From: a virus
Taxonomy: Duplodnaviria > Caudoviricetes
DNA length: 60,980 nucleotides
Virus record (IMG/VR): IMGVR_UViG_3300000317_000001
Coordinates: 1 to 60,980 of that record
Direction: 5' to 3' (one strand)
Part shown: one piece after another, positions 29,612 to 40,592 of the stretch
Layout: each line of letters starts with the position of its first letter
How positions within the stretch are numbered: the stretch's first letter is position 1
Program-made: the position numbers and the translations under genes
Notes under the pieces: generated by a model
The model's database searches: none
Seen by the model: only the letters and a program-made list of their open reading frames with translations
What the model was told of the DNA's origin: nothing

Positions 29612-30199
29612 ATGGATATCGAGATTGCAAGGCACATTAAAACATGCCCAATATGTAAGTTGAAGTGCCTTGATGAGCTGAATGGTGCTCTGTGTGAAGG
29701 CGTTTCAGAAATGCAAGTGTATAAAGTGTTTTTAGCATCCACCAGTATTACTATGACACAATTGTACGCACATAAAACGAAACTACCATTACTCGTATCT
29801 GATAATCTTCTAAGCATAATTATCACAAAATGGCAAGCGTATCAAGCGGATAACAGTTTTGAAGTAACAAGTCTTGAAAAACAAATTGCTGAAAAAGCAA
29901 TTAGCATGAAAGAAACAAAGGATTTAGTAGCTAGTGTAATATGGGAAGAAGCAATACCAGTAGCACTTAATAGATTAATTGAATTAGTTGCAAATCAAAC
30001 TATCAAGGCCATTGATTTATCTCGCATTGTAGAGTTGCTCATCAGATGTGGCATATCTATCTCACCTGAAACGTCACAACAGACTCTTGCGGATATTAGA
30101 AAAACCAAGTTCCCTAGCGGAAGTTCGGCAATATCAATGGATACTACATTATCGAATTTGATTAATTTGAATGAAAGAATTCAAAGTGCAGGTAGTTAA
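29612..30199 (+). CDS. putative terminase small subunit
   Basis: Directly upstream of and overlapping TerL; CPIC plus HTH-like N-terminus. Confidence 0.6.
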   Translation: MDIEIARHIKTCPICKLKCLDELNGALCEGVSEMQVYKVFLASTSITMTQLYAHKTKLPLLVSDNLLSIIITKWQAYQADNSFEVTSLEKQIAEKAISMKETKDLVASVIWEEAIPVALNRLIELVANQTIKAIDLSRIVELLIRCGISISPETSQQTLADIRKTKFPSGSSAISMDTTLSNLINLNERIQSAGS

Positions 30200-31673
30200 A
30201 AAACATATTTCTTTACCAGACACTTATTTGCTTAAACCTAGTGCAGATTTATTTAGAGATCAATTAGAAAATATGACATCTGAGCAAAGAAGACTTGTTA
30301 CATTGCAAAATCCAGTTTTGTTTGGGGAGTACTATATTAAACCTTATACACGCAAGTGGAATACTGAGACTGCTGATCATCAGTATCTTATGTTAGAGAA
30401 GATGATGGAGCATAAGCACATAGTAATACATGTGCCTATTGAGCATGCTAAGAGTACTTGGTTTTCATTAGTGGTACCTTTGTGGCTAATGTGTAGGGAT
30501 AGAAATACTCAAGGTGCAATTATTTCAAATACATCAAGACAAGCAGAAGGTTTTTTAGCAAGTATTAAATGGCACATTGAACATAACTTTAGATTCAAAG
30601 CAGATTTCGGAGATTTAATTAGACCTAAAGTTAAAGGTAAATGGACAGAAAGTCAAATTATGATTGAACGTGATGAAGAACAACAGTCAAAAGATCCAAC
30701 AATTTTAGCAATTGGTGTTGGATGTGCGCTATTAGGTGCAAGACTTGATTGGGTAATAGCGGATGATATTTTAGATTTATCAAATACACAATCTGAAATT
30801 TTAAGGAAAAAAGTTGAAGATTGGTGGATGGAAATTGTTGATTCAAGAATAGTTGAAGATGGTCGGAAAATAGTTTTAGGAACTCTTCAGCATATTAAAG
30901 ATTTATTGTGTCACTTAAGTGATTTAGAAGATTTTTATTATATACACTTGTGTGCACTTGATGAAAATATGAATAGTTTATGGCCAAATCTTTGGTCTGT
31001 TGATAGAATATTAGATAAAAAAAGAACAATGGGTACTATAAGATGGAAAAAGTGTTTGCAGAATGATCGGAAGAGTGCAAGTGCAAGAATGCTTGATGTG
31101 AATTGGCTAAATTATTGGACAACTATTTTACCTTTGAATAGATTACGTATTTTTATTGGAGTTGATCCAGCTATATGCGATGATAGAACAACTGCAGAAA
31201 GCAAGCAGCAAGATAAATTTGGATTAGTTGTTGTTGCTTGGGATGGGTATAAAGCATATTTAATTGAAGAGTATGCTGAGTGGCTAACTTTTCCACAACA
31301 ATTGAAATTAATTGCTCAGTATAATGAAAAATATGCTCCATTTAAGATAGGTATTGAGAGTGTTCAATTTCAAAAAGCACTTGCTCAACAAGCACAATTG
31401 CTTAGAGGATTGCCTCCAGTGATACCTGTACCTGTTGGTACTCAATCTAAGGCAACTCGAATTGAGGCATTTAGTGTGTATGTTGAAAATAAAACATTTT
31501 GGATCAATGCAAAGCATCAGTTGTTTGTAGAAGAGTGGATAGATTTTGAGCCAGGATGCAAGAGTCCAAATATTTTAGATGCATGCGTTGTTGCTATGAT
31601 AATGATAAAAGCATGTGGCCATATTAGAGATGTAAAATTTGTAACAAATAATATTGCGCAAGCAGATTGGTAG
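30171..31673 (+). CDS. terL: terminase large subunit
   Basis: PIEHAKS Walker A, GARLD.VIADD Walker B, LGT coupling motif, IGVDPA nuclease motif. Confidence 0.92.
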   Translation: MKEFKVQVVKKHISLPDTYLLKPSADLFRDQLENMTSEQRRLVTLQNPVLFGEYYIKPYTRKWNTETADHQYLMLEKMMEHKHIVIHVPIEHAKSTWFSLVVPLWLMCRDRNTQGAIISNTSRQAEGFLASIKWHIEHNFRFKADFGDLIRPKVKGKWTESQIMIERDEEQQSKDPTILAIGVGCALLGARLDWVIADDILDLSNTQSEILRKKVEDWWMEIVDSRIVEDGRKIVLGTLQHIKDLLCHLSDLEDFYYIHLCALDENMNSLWPNLWSVDRILDKKRTMGTIRWKKCLQNDRKSASARMLDVNWLNYWTTILPLNRLRIFIGVDPAICDDRTTAESKQQDKFGLVVVAWDGYKAYLIEEYAEWLTFPQQLKLIAQYNEKYAPFKIGIESVQFQKALAQQAQLLRGLPPVIPVPVGTQSKATRIEAFSVYVENKTFWINAKHQLFVEEWIDFEPGCKSPNILDACVVAMIMIKACGHIRDVKFVTNNIAQADW

Positions 31674-31684
31674 GAGAGTTTAAA

Positions 31685-31978
31685 ATGAACAAAGAAATTA
31701 TGGAAAAATTAAGATTGATGAAAGAAATTGATAATTTAAATGGTGTAATAACTTATATGCAACCTAACAAAAAGCAAAATTTTGTACTGCAATATATGAA
31801 AAAGATTAAAAATGACTTATTTGCTGAAGCACAAGAGATTGCTAAAAAAGAATTACAAGCAACTCAATGTACCTTAGAAAGTACAGTTGTAGATATGGAT
31901 GAAAAACATAAGCAAGTAACTATAGATGATATTCTTACAAAACATGATACAATTGGAATAAAGAAAGTTAGTATTTAA
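31685..31978 (+). CDS. hypothetical protein
   Basis: AGGAG RBS; within the structural operon. Confidence 0.6.
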   Translation: MNKEIMEKLRLMKEIDNLNGVITYMQPNKKQNFVLQYMKKIKNDLFAEAQEIAKKELQATQCTLESTVVDMDEKHKQVTIDDILTKHDTIGIKKVSI

Positions 31979-31990
31979 GGGGTGATTTAA

Positions 31991-32431
31991 ATGTCAGTAA
32001 CAGCATACATGTATGGAAAAGCAATTCAAGCAATTTTAAGTAAAAAGATTGATTGGGTAAACGATGCTATTAAAGTAGCTCTTTGTGATAGCGGATATGT
32101 ACCTGATCAAGATGTACATGACTACTTTAATGACATCACACATGAGTTAGCAAATGGAAATGGATATGCATCTGGAGGTGCTTTGTTACCTACACCAACA
32201 CTTGGATACGCAAGTTTGACAAATGTGACTAAATTGAGTGGAAGTTCTGTTGTGTGGTCTGCTCCATCAACGTTTACTGCAAGGTATGCGATCATATATA
32301 ATAGCACTCCAGGAAGTGATGCAACAAATCCACTAATTGGATATGTTGATTTTGGAGAAGATAAACCATGCGTTACTGGAACATTTACTATTACTTGGAA
32401 TGCTGCAGGAATATTTACCTTTACAGTTTAA
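31991..32431 (+). CDS. virion structural protein
   Basis: IDW..D.IKVAL..Y.PD..HD...GY..GG..TARYAIIY..LIGYVDFG..FTITW, a widespread phage family pattern. Confidence 0.75.
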   Translation: MSVTAYMYGKAIQAILSKKIDWVNDAIKVALCDSGYVPDQDVHDYFNDITHELANGNGYASGGALLPTPTLGYASLTNVTKLSGSSVVWSAPSTFTARYAIIYNSTPGSDATNPLIGYVDFGEDKPCVTGTFTITWNAAGIFTFTV

Positions 32432-32448
32432 ATTAAGGAGTTGAGATT

Positions 32449-33201
32449 ATGCCATCACTAAACTTACAACCAGATGCTACTATAGGAAAAGATACATATG
32501 TAGATGCTGCAACAAATTATGGCACTGCAACATATATGTATGCTGGTCATGGAAGTGCTCGTAAGTTAAGTGCATATCTTGAGTTTGATTTAAGTAGCAT
32601 TATTGGAATAGGTGCAATTATTGATACTGCAGTATTGAGTCTATATAGGCACTATTATGGAAGTAATGTGACGCTATATGTAAAAGCTTGTACTAGTAGT
32701 TGGACTGAATTAGGCTTAGTTTTAGCAAATAGCCCAACACTAGATGCTACAAAGTATGATGAACATGCATTAGGAACAGGATATGATGATTGGCCTTCAT
32801 GGAACATAAAAGATTTAGTACAAAGAATAGCTAGTGGTTCTTTATCAAACTATGGCTTTACTATTCAAGGAGACTCTGTTGCAGATTTAAAAGAGTATTT
32901 TAGAACATCTGATTACACAAATACGCCATATCGTCCAAAATTAGATATAACATATCATACGGTAGTTAATTCTACGCTTGAATCTCCAGTAACAAATATT
33001 TCAGTAGAAGCAAAAGCGCCTAGTGTTTCGGTCGACGTAAGTATTTCATGTTCCCTAGCGGATATTGGCGTAAATGCATTAGTACCTGTTGTTGAAAATA
33101 TAAGTTACGCTACTGAAAAAACCTTTAGTGTTTCAAGAAAAATGAATTTTCAAACTGCAGAGCGTAATTTAAGTTTTGTAGTATCTGATAAGAGGAAGTG
33201 A
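32449..33201 (+). CDS. DNRLRE/CBM96-like domain protein (virion decoration)
   Basis: KDTYV..TNYG..YLEFDLSSI..A.LSLY..W.E..NYGF..RPKLDITY. Confidence 0.75.
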   Translation: MPSLNLQPDATIGKDTYVDAATNYGTATYMYAGHGSARKLSAYLEFDLSSIIGIGAIIDTAVLSLYRHYYGSNVTLYVKACTSSWTELGLVLANSPTLDATKYDEHALGTGYDDWPSWNIKDLVQRIASGSLSNYGFTIQGDSVADLKEYFRTSDYTNTPYRPKLDITYHTVVNSTLESPVTNISVEAKAPSVSVDVSISCSLADIGVNALVPVVENISYATEKTFSVSRKMNFQTAERNLSFVVSDKRK

Positions 33202-33204
33202 TAT

Positions 33205-33495
33205 TTGATGGATGTGTTTTATAAACAGCCTAGTGAAGCGTTTGCAATTAGCTTAGATTTTACAAATACGCTTTCTACAACTGAAACAATTTCAAGTTAT
33301 ATTGTTGTTGCTATTTTAGCAGGAGCAGTTGTTACAAGTACTGTAATTGCAAGTAGTACAAATACAACTAAAACAGTATTAATAAGAGTTCAAGCTGGAA
33401 CAACGGATTGTAATTATAAAATAACTACAATGATTGTAACTAGCTTAGGAAATATTTTTGAACATGATATAATGATGAAAGTACATGAAATTTAA
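33205..33495 (+). CDS. fiber/head-tail adaptor-like small structural protein
   Basis: KQPSE...LDF..L...ETI...V..GT..NYKIT..VTS.G..E. Confidence 0.6.
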   Translation: MMDVFYKQPSEAFAISLDFTNTLSTTETISSYIVVAILAGAVVTSTVIASSTNTTKTVLIRVQAGTTDCNYKITTMIVTSLGNIFEHDIMMKVHEI

Positions 33496-33507
33496 GGGGG
33501 TTTTATT

Positions 33508-33837
33508 ATGAATTATGGTGAAATAGTTAGAAGTGATAATTTACAGATAGGTACAATTGCATTTAGTCCTTGGTATAATGATTCAGAGGGTATTAAAGAT
33601 GCGTTGTTTATGATACAAAATGATCAAATGTGCGATATTATTTTATATAGAAGAGATGATGAATTAAAAGAAGATGTTGGTACAGTAATATTTGCGCTTC
33701 CTGTTGGGGTAGTTGGTCAATATACTTCACATCAAATGAATCAGAGAGTTGGATATTCATTTAGAGTTGGGGTAAGAAATACTGGAGGTGCTATTATGAA
33801 TAATTTAAAACTTAGGTGTCAATTATTTTCAGATTAA
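33508..33837 (+). CDS. hypothetical structural protein
   Basis: Within the structural operon, with RBS. Confidence 0.55.
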   Translation: MNYGEIVRSDNLQIGTIAFSPWYNDSEGIKDALFMIQNDQMCDIILYRRDDELKEDVGTVIFALPVGVVGQYTSHQMNQRVGYSFRVGVRNTGGAIMNNLKLRCQLFSD

Positions 33838-33867
33838 TTAGTAAAATATGTGTAAGGAGGTGAGTTA

Positions 33868-35691
33868 ATGGCTGCAATGCAAGGAGAATTAGGGTCAACA
33901 GGTCGAAGTTGGAGTAGTATATTTCAATACGCATTAACAACTGATGAGTATTTGCAAAAAATGACTTGGCCTAATGATATAGCAGTGTATTCAAAAATGA
34001 GTAGAAGTGATGCTCAAATAAAGGCAATGCTATTATTGCTTGAGTTACCTATTAGATCAACTGCTTGGTTCTTAAAACCAGCAGATGATAGTGCACAAGC
34101 AAAGAAAAATGCTGATTTTATAGAAGATGCGTTGTTTACAGGACCTCCAACAGGAATGCAATTTCATTTCGAAGATTTCATAAAGAATGCTTGCTCAATG
34201 TTTACGTATGGGCATGCTGTATTTGAGAAAGTGTTTGAAGTAAAAGATAGTTTTCTTAAGTGGAAAAAGTTTGCTATTAGGCCAGTAAGTACAATTTATG
34301 ATTTATTGTATAATGAAGTTGGAGATTTATCAAGCATACAGCAGTACAATATTCAACAAGGGTGGCAAATAATTGATATTCCTTTGGAAAAAGCAATAAT
34401 ATTTTCTCATGATATTCAAGATGGAGATTATAGAGGTCGTAGTGTTTTAAGAGCAGCTTATAAGCATTGGGTAATTAAAGACTTTTTATATAAAATAACA
34501 AATATTGGGCTAGAACGTAATATGGTTGGTACTCCAGTAATTAACTTACCACCAAATTATACAAATGATGAATTTGAATTAGCTAAAAAAATTGTAACAA
34601 ACTTGCGCAGTAGTGAGTATGGTGGAGTTATCTTACCAGATGGATTTTTATTAGATATTTTTGAAGGTAAAAGAACATTGTTAGACGCATTGCCATTTAT
34701 TGAGTATCAAGATACTCAATTGAGCCGTAGTATTTTAGCGCAATTTTTAAATTTAGGTTCAACTGGTGTTGGAAGCTTTGCTTTAAGTTCTGATCAAACA
34801 GATTTATTTTTAATGATGTTGAATGCAAGTGCAAAATACATTGCAAATAATATAAACTCAAATGCAATACCTCAATTAGTGCAATATAACTTTAATAGTG
34901 ATTTGTACCCTACATTGTGTTTTAAACCCCTAGGGGATTCTAAATTATTAGAAACACTTAAATTGATGGTGGATGGTAAAATAATTTTACCAGATGAGAA
35001 TTTAGAAGAGTTCGTAAGAGAGATGCTAGAACTTCCAGAAAAAGCGGATGAACCTTACATGTTCCCTAGCGGAAGTAGTGCAACTGATACTGGAGTTGAT
35101 CCAAATGAGTTAAAAGTTGAAAAAGGATCTACTGGTCAAGGAGTTAATAAAGCAAAAGATCAGAAACAAATAGATGATGACGCATTAAAAACAAAGCAAA
35201 ATGAAACTGCTAGTGTAAAACAACAAGATTTAAAGGCAACTACTGAACCAAAAAAATTATCTGAGGTTACAAATAAAGTTGATTGGGCACAAGTTGATAA
35301 AGATTTTAGTACACTAGAAGGAATGTTTAAGCAAGGTGGAAGAGATATTGTTGAAAAACAACTTAAAGATTTTGCAAATAGAGTATCGAAAGTTGCACTG
35401 CAAGATATTGCAGCAGTACAAATTGGCTTTAAAGGGCAGATGACTACATTTGTTAAAGAAATGTATACTCGTGCATTTAAGACAGGTGTTGTACAAATGC
35501 AAAATGAATTAGGAACTAATGAAATACCAAAACTTGATGATAAAGTATTAACCGCAAAGGCAAGCATTGTTGCAAATAATATATCAGAAAGAGTTAAAAC
35601 AAAATACTTGAGTGAGTATATGTTACAAAAAGGTGTTGAAGGTGATCCAGAAATACAATCAAAAAATGCATTGAAAGCAATTTTAGGGTAG
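33868..35691 (+). CDS. portal protein (DUF935/Mu gp29-like)
   Basis: YSKMSRSDAQI, GHAVFEKV, G.SVLR.AY..W..K, ER..VG.P, QFLNLG...GS.AL. Confidence 0.9.
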   Translation: MAAMQGELGSTGRSWSSIFQYALTTDEYLQKMTWPNDIAVYSKMSRSDAQIKAMLLLLELPIRSTAWFLKPADDSAQAKKNADFIEDALFTGPPTGMQFHFEDFIKNACSMFTYGHAVFEKVFEVKDSFLKWKKFAIRPVSTIYDLLYNEVGDLSSIQQYNIQQGWQIIDIPLEKAIIFSHDIQDGDYRGRSVLRAAYKHWVIKDFLYKITNIGLERNMVGTPVINLPPNYTNDEFELAKKIVTNLRSSEYGGVILPDGFLLDIFEGKRTLLDALPFIEYQDTQLSRSILAQFLNLGSTGVGSFALSSDQTDLFLMMLNASAKYIANNINSNAIPQLVQYNFNSDLYPTLCFKPLGDSKLLETLKLMVDGKIILPDENLEEFVREMLELPEKADEPYMFPSGSSATDTGVDPNELKVEKGSTGQGVNKAKDQKQIDDDALKTKQNETASVKQQDLKATTEPKKLSEVTNKVDWAQVDKDFSTLEGMFKQGGRDIVEKQLKDFANRVSKVALQDIAAVQIGFKGQMTTFVKEMYTRAFKTGVVQMQNELGTNEIPKLDDKVLTAKASIVANNISERVKTKYLSEYMLQKGVEGDPEIQSKNALKAILG

Positions 35692-35698
35692 GTGAATT

Positions 35699-36232
35699 AT
35701 GTTTTTAAAATTAGTAGATGAAATAGTTACAATGATACTTTCTGAAACAGATGGGTACGATACTATACTTGAGGACAACTTAGGTGGAGTAAGTACTATG
35801 ATGAACTTAGGTAGAGATAGAACAGCTATTGCTACTTGCAAGAAAGTAGAGTACTCTGCTATTTTGGATAAGAGAACATGCCCACTTTGTAAATTTTTAG
35901 ATGGTCAAGTATTTGAAGTTAACTCTCCAGAATATTTTAAATACATGCCAAGAGTACATGAAAGGTGTAGGTGTATTTATGTATATGTTGGTCAAGAAGA
36001 AGTAAATCCACCAGACATAAAAATTAAGAAACCAGATGCTGAAATGCTTAAGACTCATGGTCATTTAATAGGAACTCCAGAGACACCAGTTAGTGAAACA
36101 GCTTCATTAATCAAATCAATGTTTGTACATGGCTTAGTGGTTGAAGCGTTGAAATCCACTAGGGAACAAGATAAAACAAATCCAGTGACTAATCCGGAAG
36201 ATAATCAAAATACAAGTGAAAATCCAGCATAA
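35699..36232 (+). CDS. MuF-like minor head protein
   Basis: YSAILDKRTCPLC..LDG..P..H.RCRC. Confidence 0.85.
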   Translation: MFLKLVDEIVTMILSETDGYDTILEDNLGGVSTMMNLGRDRTAIATCKKVEYSAILDKRTCPLCKFLDGQVFEVNSPEYFKYMPRVHERCRCIYVYVGQEEVNPPDIKIKKPDAEMLKTHGHLIGTPETPVSETASLIKSMFVHGLVVEALKSTREQDKTNPVTNPEDNQNTSENPA

Positions 36233-36235
36233 TAG

Positions 36236-36313
36236 TAATGGGTATAGTCGATTTTAAATTCTTTAATTACATATTTATATGAAAACCAAATTTAAAATGG
36301 GCTATATCCATTA
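36236..36313. repeat. tripartite palindrome family, copy 6
   Basis: TAATGGGTATAGTCGATTTTAAATT..CATATTTATATG..AATTTAAAATGGGCTATATCCATTA. Confidence 0.9.
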
Positions 36314-36379
36314 GATAGAAGAGTAGAAAAGAAAAAATTTCAAGTTCCCTAGTGGATATTGCAGAAAGGAGGAAAGCAG

Positions 36380-37699
36380 ATGCCTTATACACAAGCAAAT
36401 ATGCCAGATGCAGTAAAGAAGTTACCAAGCAAAGCACAAAGCATATGGGTTGCAGCATTTAATGAAGCATTTAAAGCTAAAAAGTCTGAACAAGAGTGCA
36501 ACATGATTGCTTGGGGTGCAGTTAAGAATGCCGGTTTTAAACAAAATGCAAAAGGTACATGGTCAATGGCTGAAGGTCCTTTTAACTATGCAATGAGATG
36601 CTCTGATAATTTAACTTCAGGAAGAGCTATTGAAATTATGAGAACTGGTCAATGGGACCATCCAAGATATGGTACTTTTCAAATTACTCAAGATGATTTG
36701 CAAGATTTTGTAAAGCATTTTGATGAGCGTGTTAGAGGAATAGATATTTCTTTTGATCTTGAGCATGGAGAAACTGTACATGCTGGAGCTTCTGTTGGAT
36801 GGGTGAAAAAGCTTTCAGTAGAAAATAACAGTTTAATGGCAACAGTTGAATGGACTGAATTAGGAACTCAAAAGATAAAAGATGGTGAATATCGATATTT
36901 TAGCCCAGAATTTACATTCTCATACAAGAATGCAGAAACTGGCGTGGTGTATACAAATGTATTGCTTGGTGGTTCTTTAACCAACAGGCCTTTCATAAAG
37001 GAAATGCAACCCGTATTGCTTTCAGAAGAAGTGTACAAGGAGACACTTAGCTTTGCGGAACCAATAAATAATAAGGAGGATGAAGTTACTATGAATAAAG
37101 AATTATTGAAAGCACTTAAGCTTTCTGAAACAGCTACTCAAGTTGAAGTAGATGCTGCTGTTGAAAAACAAATAGCTGATTCAATTAAATTAGCAGAAAA
37201 GGTAGTTGAAGTTGAGAAAAATTTAACAAAAGCTACTGAGGATTTAGCAGCAAAAACAACTGAAGTGGTTGCATTAACTGAACAAGTTAACACACTTACA
37301 GCATCTAAAACAACTACAGAACAGGAAAATATTAAATTAGCAGAAAGAGTAAAATCAATTGAATCTTCATTAACAGAAACTACTTGGAACTCAATTGCTG
37401 CAAAATATTTAAGTGAGGGTAAAATGACTCCAGCAATGGCTGAAAAGTTTAAAGCATCATATCTTAAAGATGCAGAAACAACTTTGGCACTTATGGAAAC
37501 TTTACAACCAGCAGTTGACCTTAGTGAAAAAGGAACTGCTAAAGGAAAAGGTGAAGTTACTAATTTAAAATTGTTTGAAGCAAAAATTGCAGAAATTGTA
37601 AAAGATAGAAAAGTTGGGTATCAAGAAGCAGTAGTTTTAGCTGAGATTGAAAACCCAGAATTGTTTAAATTATTTGATGCTGAAAGGAGAGGTCTATAA
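36380..37699 (+). CDS. ChaB domain + Mu-like prohead protease + scaffold
   Basis: MPY..PDAVKKLP.KAQ.IW..AFN..IAWGAVK (ChaB); DLEH, GWV, VEWT, YRYFSPEF, LTNRPF; coiled-coil C-terminus. Confidence 0.88.
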   Translation: MPYTQANMPDAVKKLPSKAQSIWVAAFNEAFKAKKSEQECNMIAWGAVKNAGFKQNAKGTWSMAEGPFNYAMRCSDNLTSGRAIEIMRTGQWDHPRYGTFQITQDDLQDFVKHFDERVRGIDISFDLEHGETVHAGASVGWVKKLSVENNSLMATVEWTELGTQKIKDGEYRYFSPEFTFSYKNAETGVVYTNVLLGGSLTNRPFIKEMQPVLLSEEVYKETLSFAEPINNKEDEVTMNKELLKALKLSETATQVEVDAAVEKQIADSIKLAEKVVEVEKNLTKATEDLAAKTTEVVALTEQVNTLTASKTTTEQENIKLAERVKSIESSLTETTWNSIAAKYLSEGKMTPAMAEKFKASYLKDAETTLALMETLQPAVDLSEKGTAKGKGEVTNLKLFEAKIAEIVKDRKVGYQEAVVLAEIENPELFKLFDAERRGL

Positions 37700-38088
37700 T
37701 GGTTGGAGAACATGGCATTCTTATGAAAAGTTTTGAAGCGTCAACAGATATGAGTACTGCAGGTCAATATAGATTTGTTAAAATGGCATCTGCAACTACT
37801 ATTGCATTGTGTGGAGATGGAGAATTAGCTATTGGTATTTTACAAAACAATCCTGCACAGTATGAACAAGGTAATGTTATGATGTTTGGAATTTCTAAGT
37901 TGAAAGTTGGTACTGCAGGAATTGCTTCAGTAATGGCATATGTGTCTTCTGATGGTAATGGAGATGGAGATATTGCACACGTTGCAGCAGATAAAGCAAT
38001 TGTAAATGCGCTATCATTAGGTACTGGAGTAGATAATGATTTAGTTAGCGTATTAGTAATTCCTGGTGGTCTTGGATTATCAGTATAA
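37699..38088 (+). CDS. head decoration / capsid cement protein (DUF2190-like)
   Basis: YRFVK..AIGILQN.P..GISK; lies between protease and major capsid. Confidence 0.75.
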   Translation: MVGEHGILMKSFEASTDMSTAGQYRFVKMASATTIALCGDGELAIGILQNNPAQYEQGNVMMFGISKLKVGTAGIASVMAYVSSDGNGDGDIAHVAADKAIVNALSLGTGVDNDLVSVLVIPGGLGLSV

Positions 38089-38109
38089 AAATGAGAGGAG
38101 TGAAGTAAC

Positions 38110-39042
38110 ATGAGGCCAACACCTAAAGATGTACATGTGGATCAAATTTTATCAAATATTTCCGTATTGTATAGAAATTCATTATATATCGCTGAGATGA
38201 TTTTCCCATTAGTTAAAGTAAATTTTCAGAGTGATAAATATTACATTTTCACTAAAGGAGATCAGTTCAGAAATACAGCTGCAAAAAGAGCAGCAGGAAC
38301 AGCTTCAAACAGGCATGGATTTAGATTATCAACTGACACCTACTATTGTGAAGAAGTTGCGGATGCAACTATTCTTGATGATGAGACAAGAGATAATGCA
38401 GATAGCGTATTAAATTTGGAAAGTGCAAAAACAAATTTTGTAACTGATAAAATTCTTTTGAACTTAGAAAAAACAGTTGCAGATCTTTGCTGCACAACTT
38501 CAAACTGGGGTACAAACTACTCTACACCATCTGACTTGTGGAGCGATTACAATAATTCAGATCCCCTAGCGGATTTTGAGACTGGAATCGAAGCAATTGA
38601 AGGTCAAACAGGTCAGAAAGTTAATAAAGCAGTTATTTCATATGATGTTTGGAAAATTCTTAAACATCACCCACAATTGCTTAATAGGTTGCCTAATGAT
38701 CAATTGAAATCAGCTAAATTACAAGACTTGAAAGACTTGTTAGATATTCAAGAAATTTTGATTGGTGGAGCACTTATTAATACTGCAGCAGATGGACAGA
38801 CAACTGATACATTCTCAAGAGTATGGACTAAAGATGTATGGCTAGGATCAGTAGCAAGTGCTCCTGCAAAGGAAACACCAACTGCAGGATACACATTTGT
38901 ATGGCCTAGAGAAGGAAAAATTAGAGGAGTTCGTAAATGGAGAGAAGAAGATATTCACTCTGATATTTATGAAGGTTTCATGAACTACGATAACAAAGTA
39001 GTTGGCGCAGATATGGGATATCTTTTAAATAATGTTATATAA
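38110..39042 (+). CDS. major capsid protein
   Basis: VDQILSNISV.YRN..YIA..IFP.V; W......DPL.D; L..HP; GYTF; hairpin at 39065-39089 downstream. Confidence 0.88.
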   Translation: MRPTPKDVHVDQILSNISVLYRNSLYIAEMIFPLVKVNFQSDKYYIFTKGDQFRNTAAKRAAGTASNRHGFRLSTDTYYCEEVADATILDDETRDNADSVLNLESAKTNFVTDKILLNLEKTVADLCCTTSNWGTNYSTPSDLWSDYNNSDPLADFETGIEAIEGQTGQKVNKAVISYDVWKILKHHPQLLNRLPNDQLKSAKLQDLKDLLDIQEILIGGALINTAADGQTTDTFSRVWTKDVWLGSVASAPAKETPTAGYTFVWPREGKIRGVRKWREEDIHSDIYEGFMNYDNKVVGADMGYLLNNVI

Positions 39043-39123
39043 GTTAATTAATTTATATAAGTTCCAAGGACTAATAAACTTAGTCCTTGAGGCATTCTCA
39101 TAAGAGAAGAAGGAGGAATTTAA

Positions 39124-40572
39124 ATGGATTTCATAGGCTATTTTAGAAAAGTAATTACTAATAAGTTGATTGTGAAAGATGAATTACTTATTGGTAACAA
39201 GAGTGTTATTACAGATAATGGACATACTTATTATGTTGATTCTGTAAATGGTAGTGCAACTGGAAATGGTAAAACATGGGAAACTGCTTTAACAACTATT
39301 GATGCCGCAATTAATAAGTGTGCAGCAAATGATACAATTATAGTTGCTCCAGCACATGTTGAAACTTATTCAACAACTGGTGCAAAAATAATTGCAGATG
39401 TTGTAGGTATTAAGATTATTGGTATGGGTGAAGGATCTTCAAGACCTACTTTGAACTTTGGGCATACAGGAGCAACAATTACAATTAGTGCAGCAAATGT
39501 AACAATTGAAAACATTTTATTTAAAGCAACTGTTGATAGTGTAGTAACATACGGTACTATTAGTGGAGCAGATTGTGCGTTAATAAATGTTGAAACTAGA
39601 GATGCTGCTAATGTAGAAGTTATTGATGACTTTACTGTAACAGGAGCAAGACTTACTGTTATTGGACTTACAAAAAGAGGAGATCTTGCAACAGGAGATG
39701 CTAATTTAAGAGTATTTAAAATGAATGCTGTTGTTGGTGCAAACTTTATTAATTGTAATTTCTTAACAAAAGTTACAACTGCTGTTATTAATTTTGTAAC
39801 TGCAGCATCTTCAAATGTAGTAGTTGATGGGTGTAACTTTTTAGTTTCAGGAACAACTAATTTATCAAAAACAGTTGTTGATACAATTACTGGATCTACT
39901 TGGGAAGTTAAAAATTCATTTGACTTAGCAGCAGGATATTCCTTTAGTGGAGGATCTGGAGCTTCATTAGCTGGAGATGATGTATCATCTGTTTCTACAA
40001 ATGTATCAACGGTATTGGATCAGCTTTCTGGCACAACAGGAATTGCTACATTTCCAAATGGTGCGGTTCCAGGAAACAATGTTTCCCTAGCGGAAGTTCT
40101 CAGAGATGTATGGGATGCTGTTAGAAATGGTACGGGTGGTACTGAACCAGGAACTAACATGTCTGTAGTTGATGAAATTCATGAATATGGTGGAGAAGGG
40201 TATAAAGTAAGTAAGCAAATAACCTTAAATGGATCTACTTCGTATCCGGTATTTACTGTAACTGGATTAGTTGCATTAAAAGTTGTTGCATTAGTAAATA
40301 CAGCACTAACAAATCATGCAGATACAAGTTCGCTTGGGACAACTACAAGCGCAGCAGGATTAATTGCCGCTACAGCAGGAACAGCACTACAAACAATTAA
40401 TCAAATTTGGGTGGATAATGCACCAAGTAAATTTGAAACATTTCCTGCATCTAGAACTTGCATAACTGAAAGTGTTGCTCTTGCTTCAACAGCTAATATT
40501 GCTGGAGGAGTCGTTACATTTTATGCATTTTGGAAGCCAATTAGTTCAGGTGCTACGGTAGTAGCAGCATAG
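39124..40572 (+). CDS. beta-helix (pectin-lyase-like) head fiber
   Basis: YYVDSVNG..GKTWETA..TI..AI...DTI.VAP.H.E; follows the major capsid gene. Confidence 0.65.
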   Translation: MDFIGYFRKVITNKLIVKDELLIGNKSVITDNGHTYYVDSVNGSATGNGKTWETALTTIDAAINKCAANDTIIVAPAHVETYSTTGAKIIADVVGIKIIGMGEGSSRPTLNFGHTGATITISAANVTIENILFKATVDSVVTYGTISGADCALINVETRDAANVEVIDDFTVTGARLTVIGLTKRGDLATGDANLRVFKMNAVVGANFINCNFLTKVTTAVINFVTAASSNVVVDGCNFLVSGTTNLSKTVVDTITGSTWEVKNSFDLAAGYSFSGGSGASLAGDDVSSVSTNVSTVLDQLSGTTGIATFPNGAVPGNNVSLAEVLRDVWDAVRNGTGGTEPGTNMSVVDEIHEYGGEGYKVSKQITLNGSTSYPVFTVTGLVALKVVALVNTALTNHADTSSLGTTTSAAGLIAATAGTALQTINQIWVDNAPSKFETFPASRTCITESVALASTANIAGGVVTFYAFWKPISSGATVVAA

Positions 40573-40592
40573 TGGTTTTAAGGAGGTAGCAC

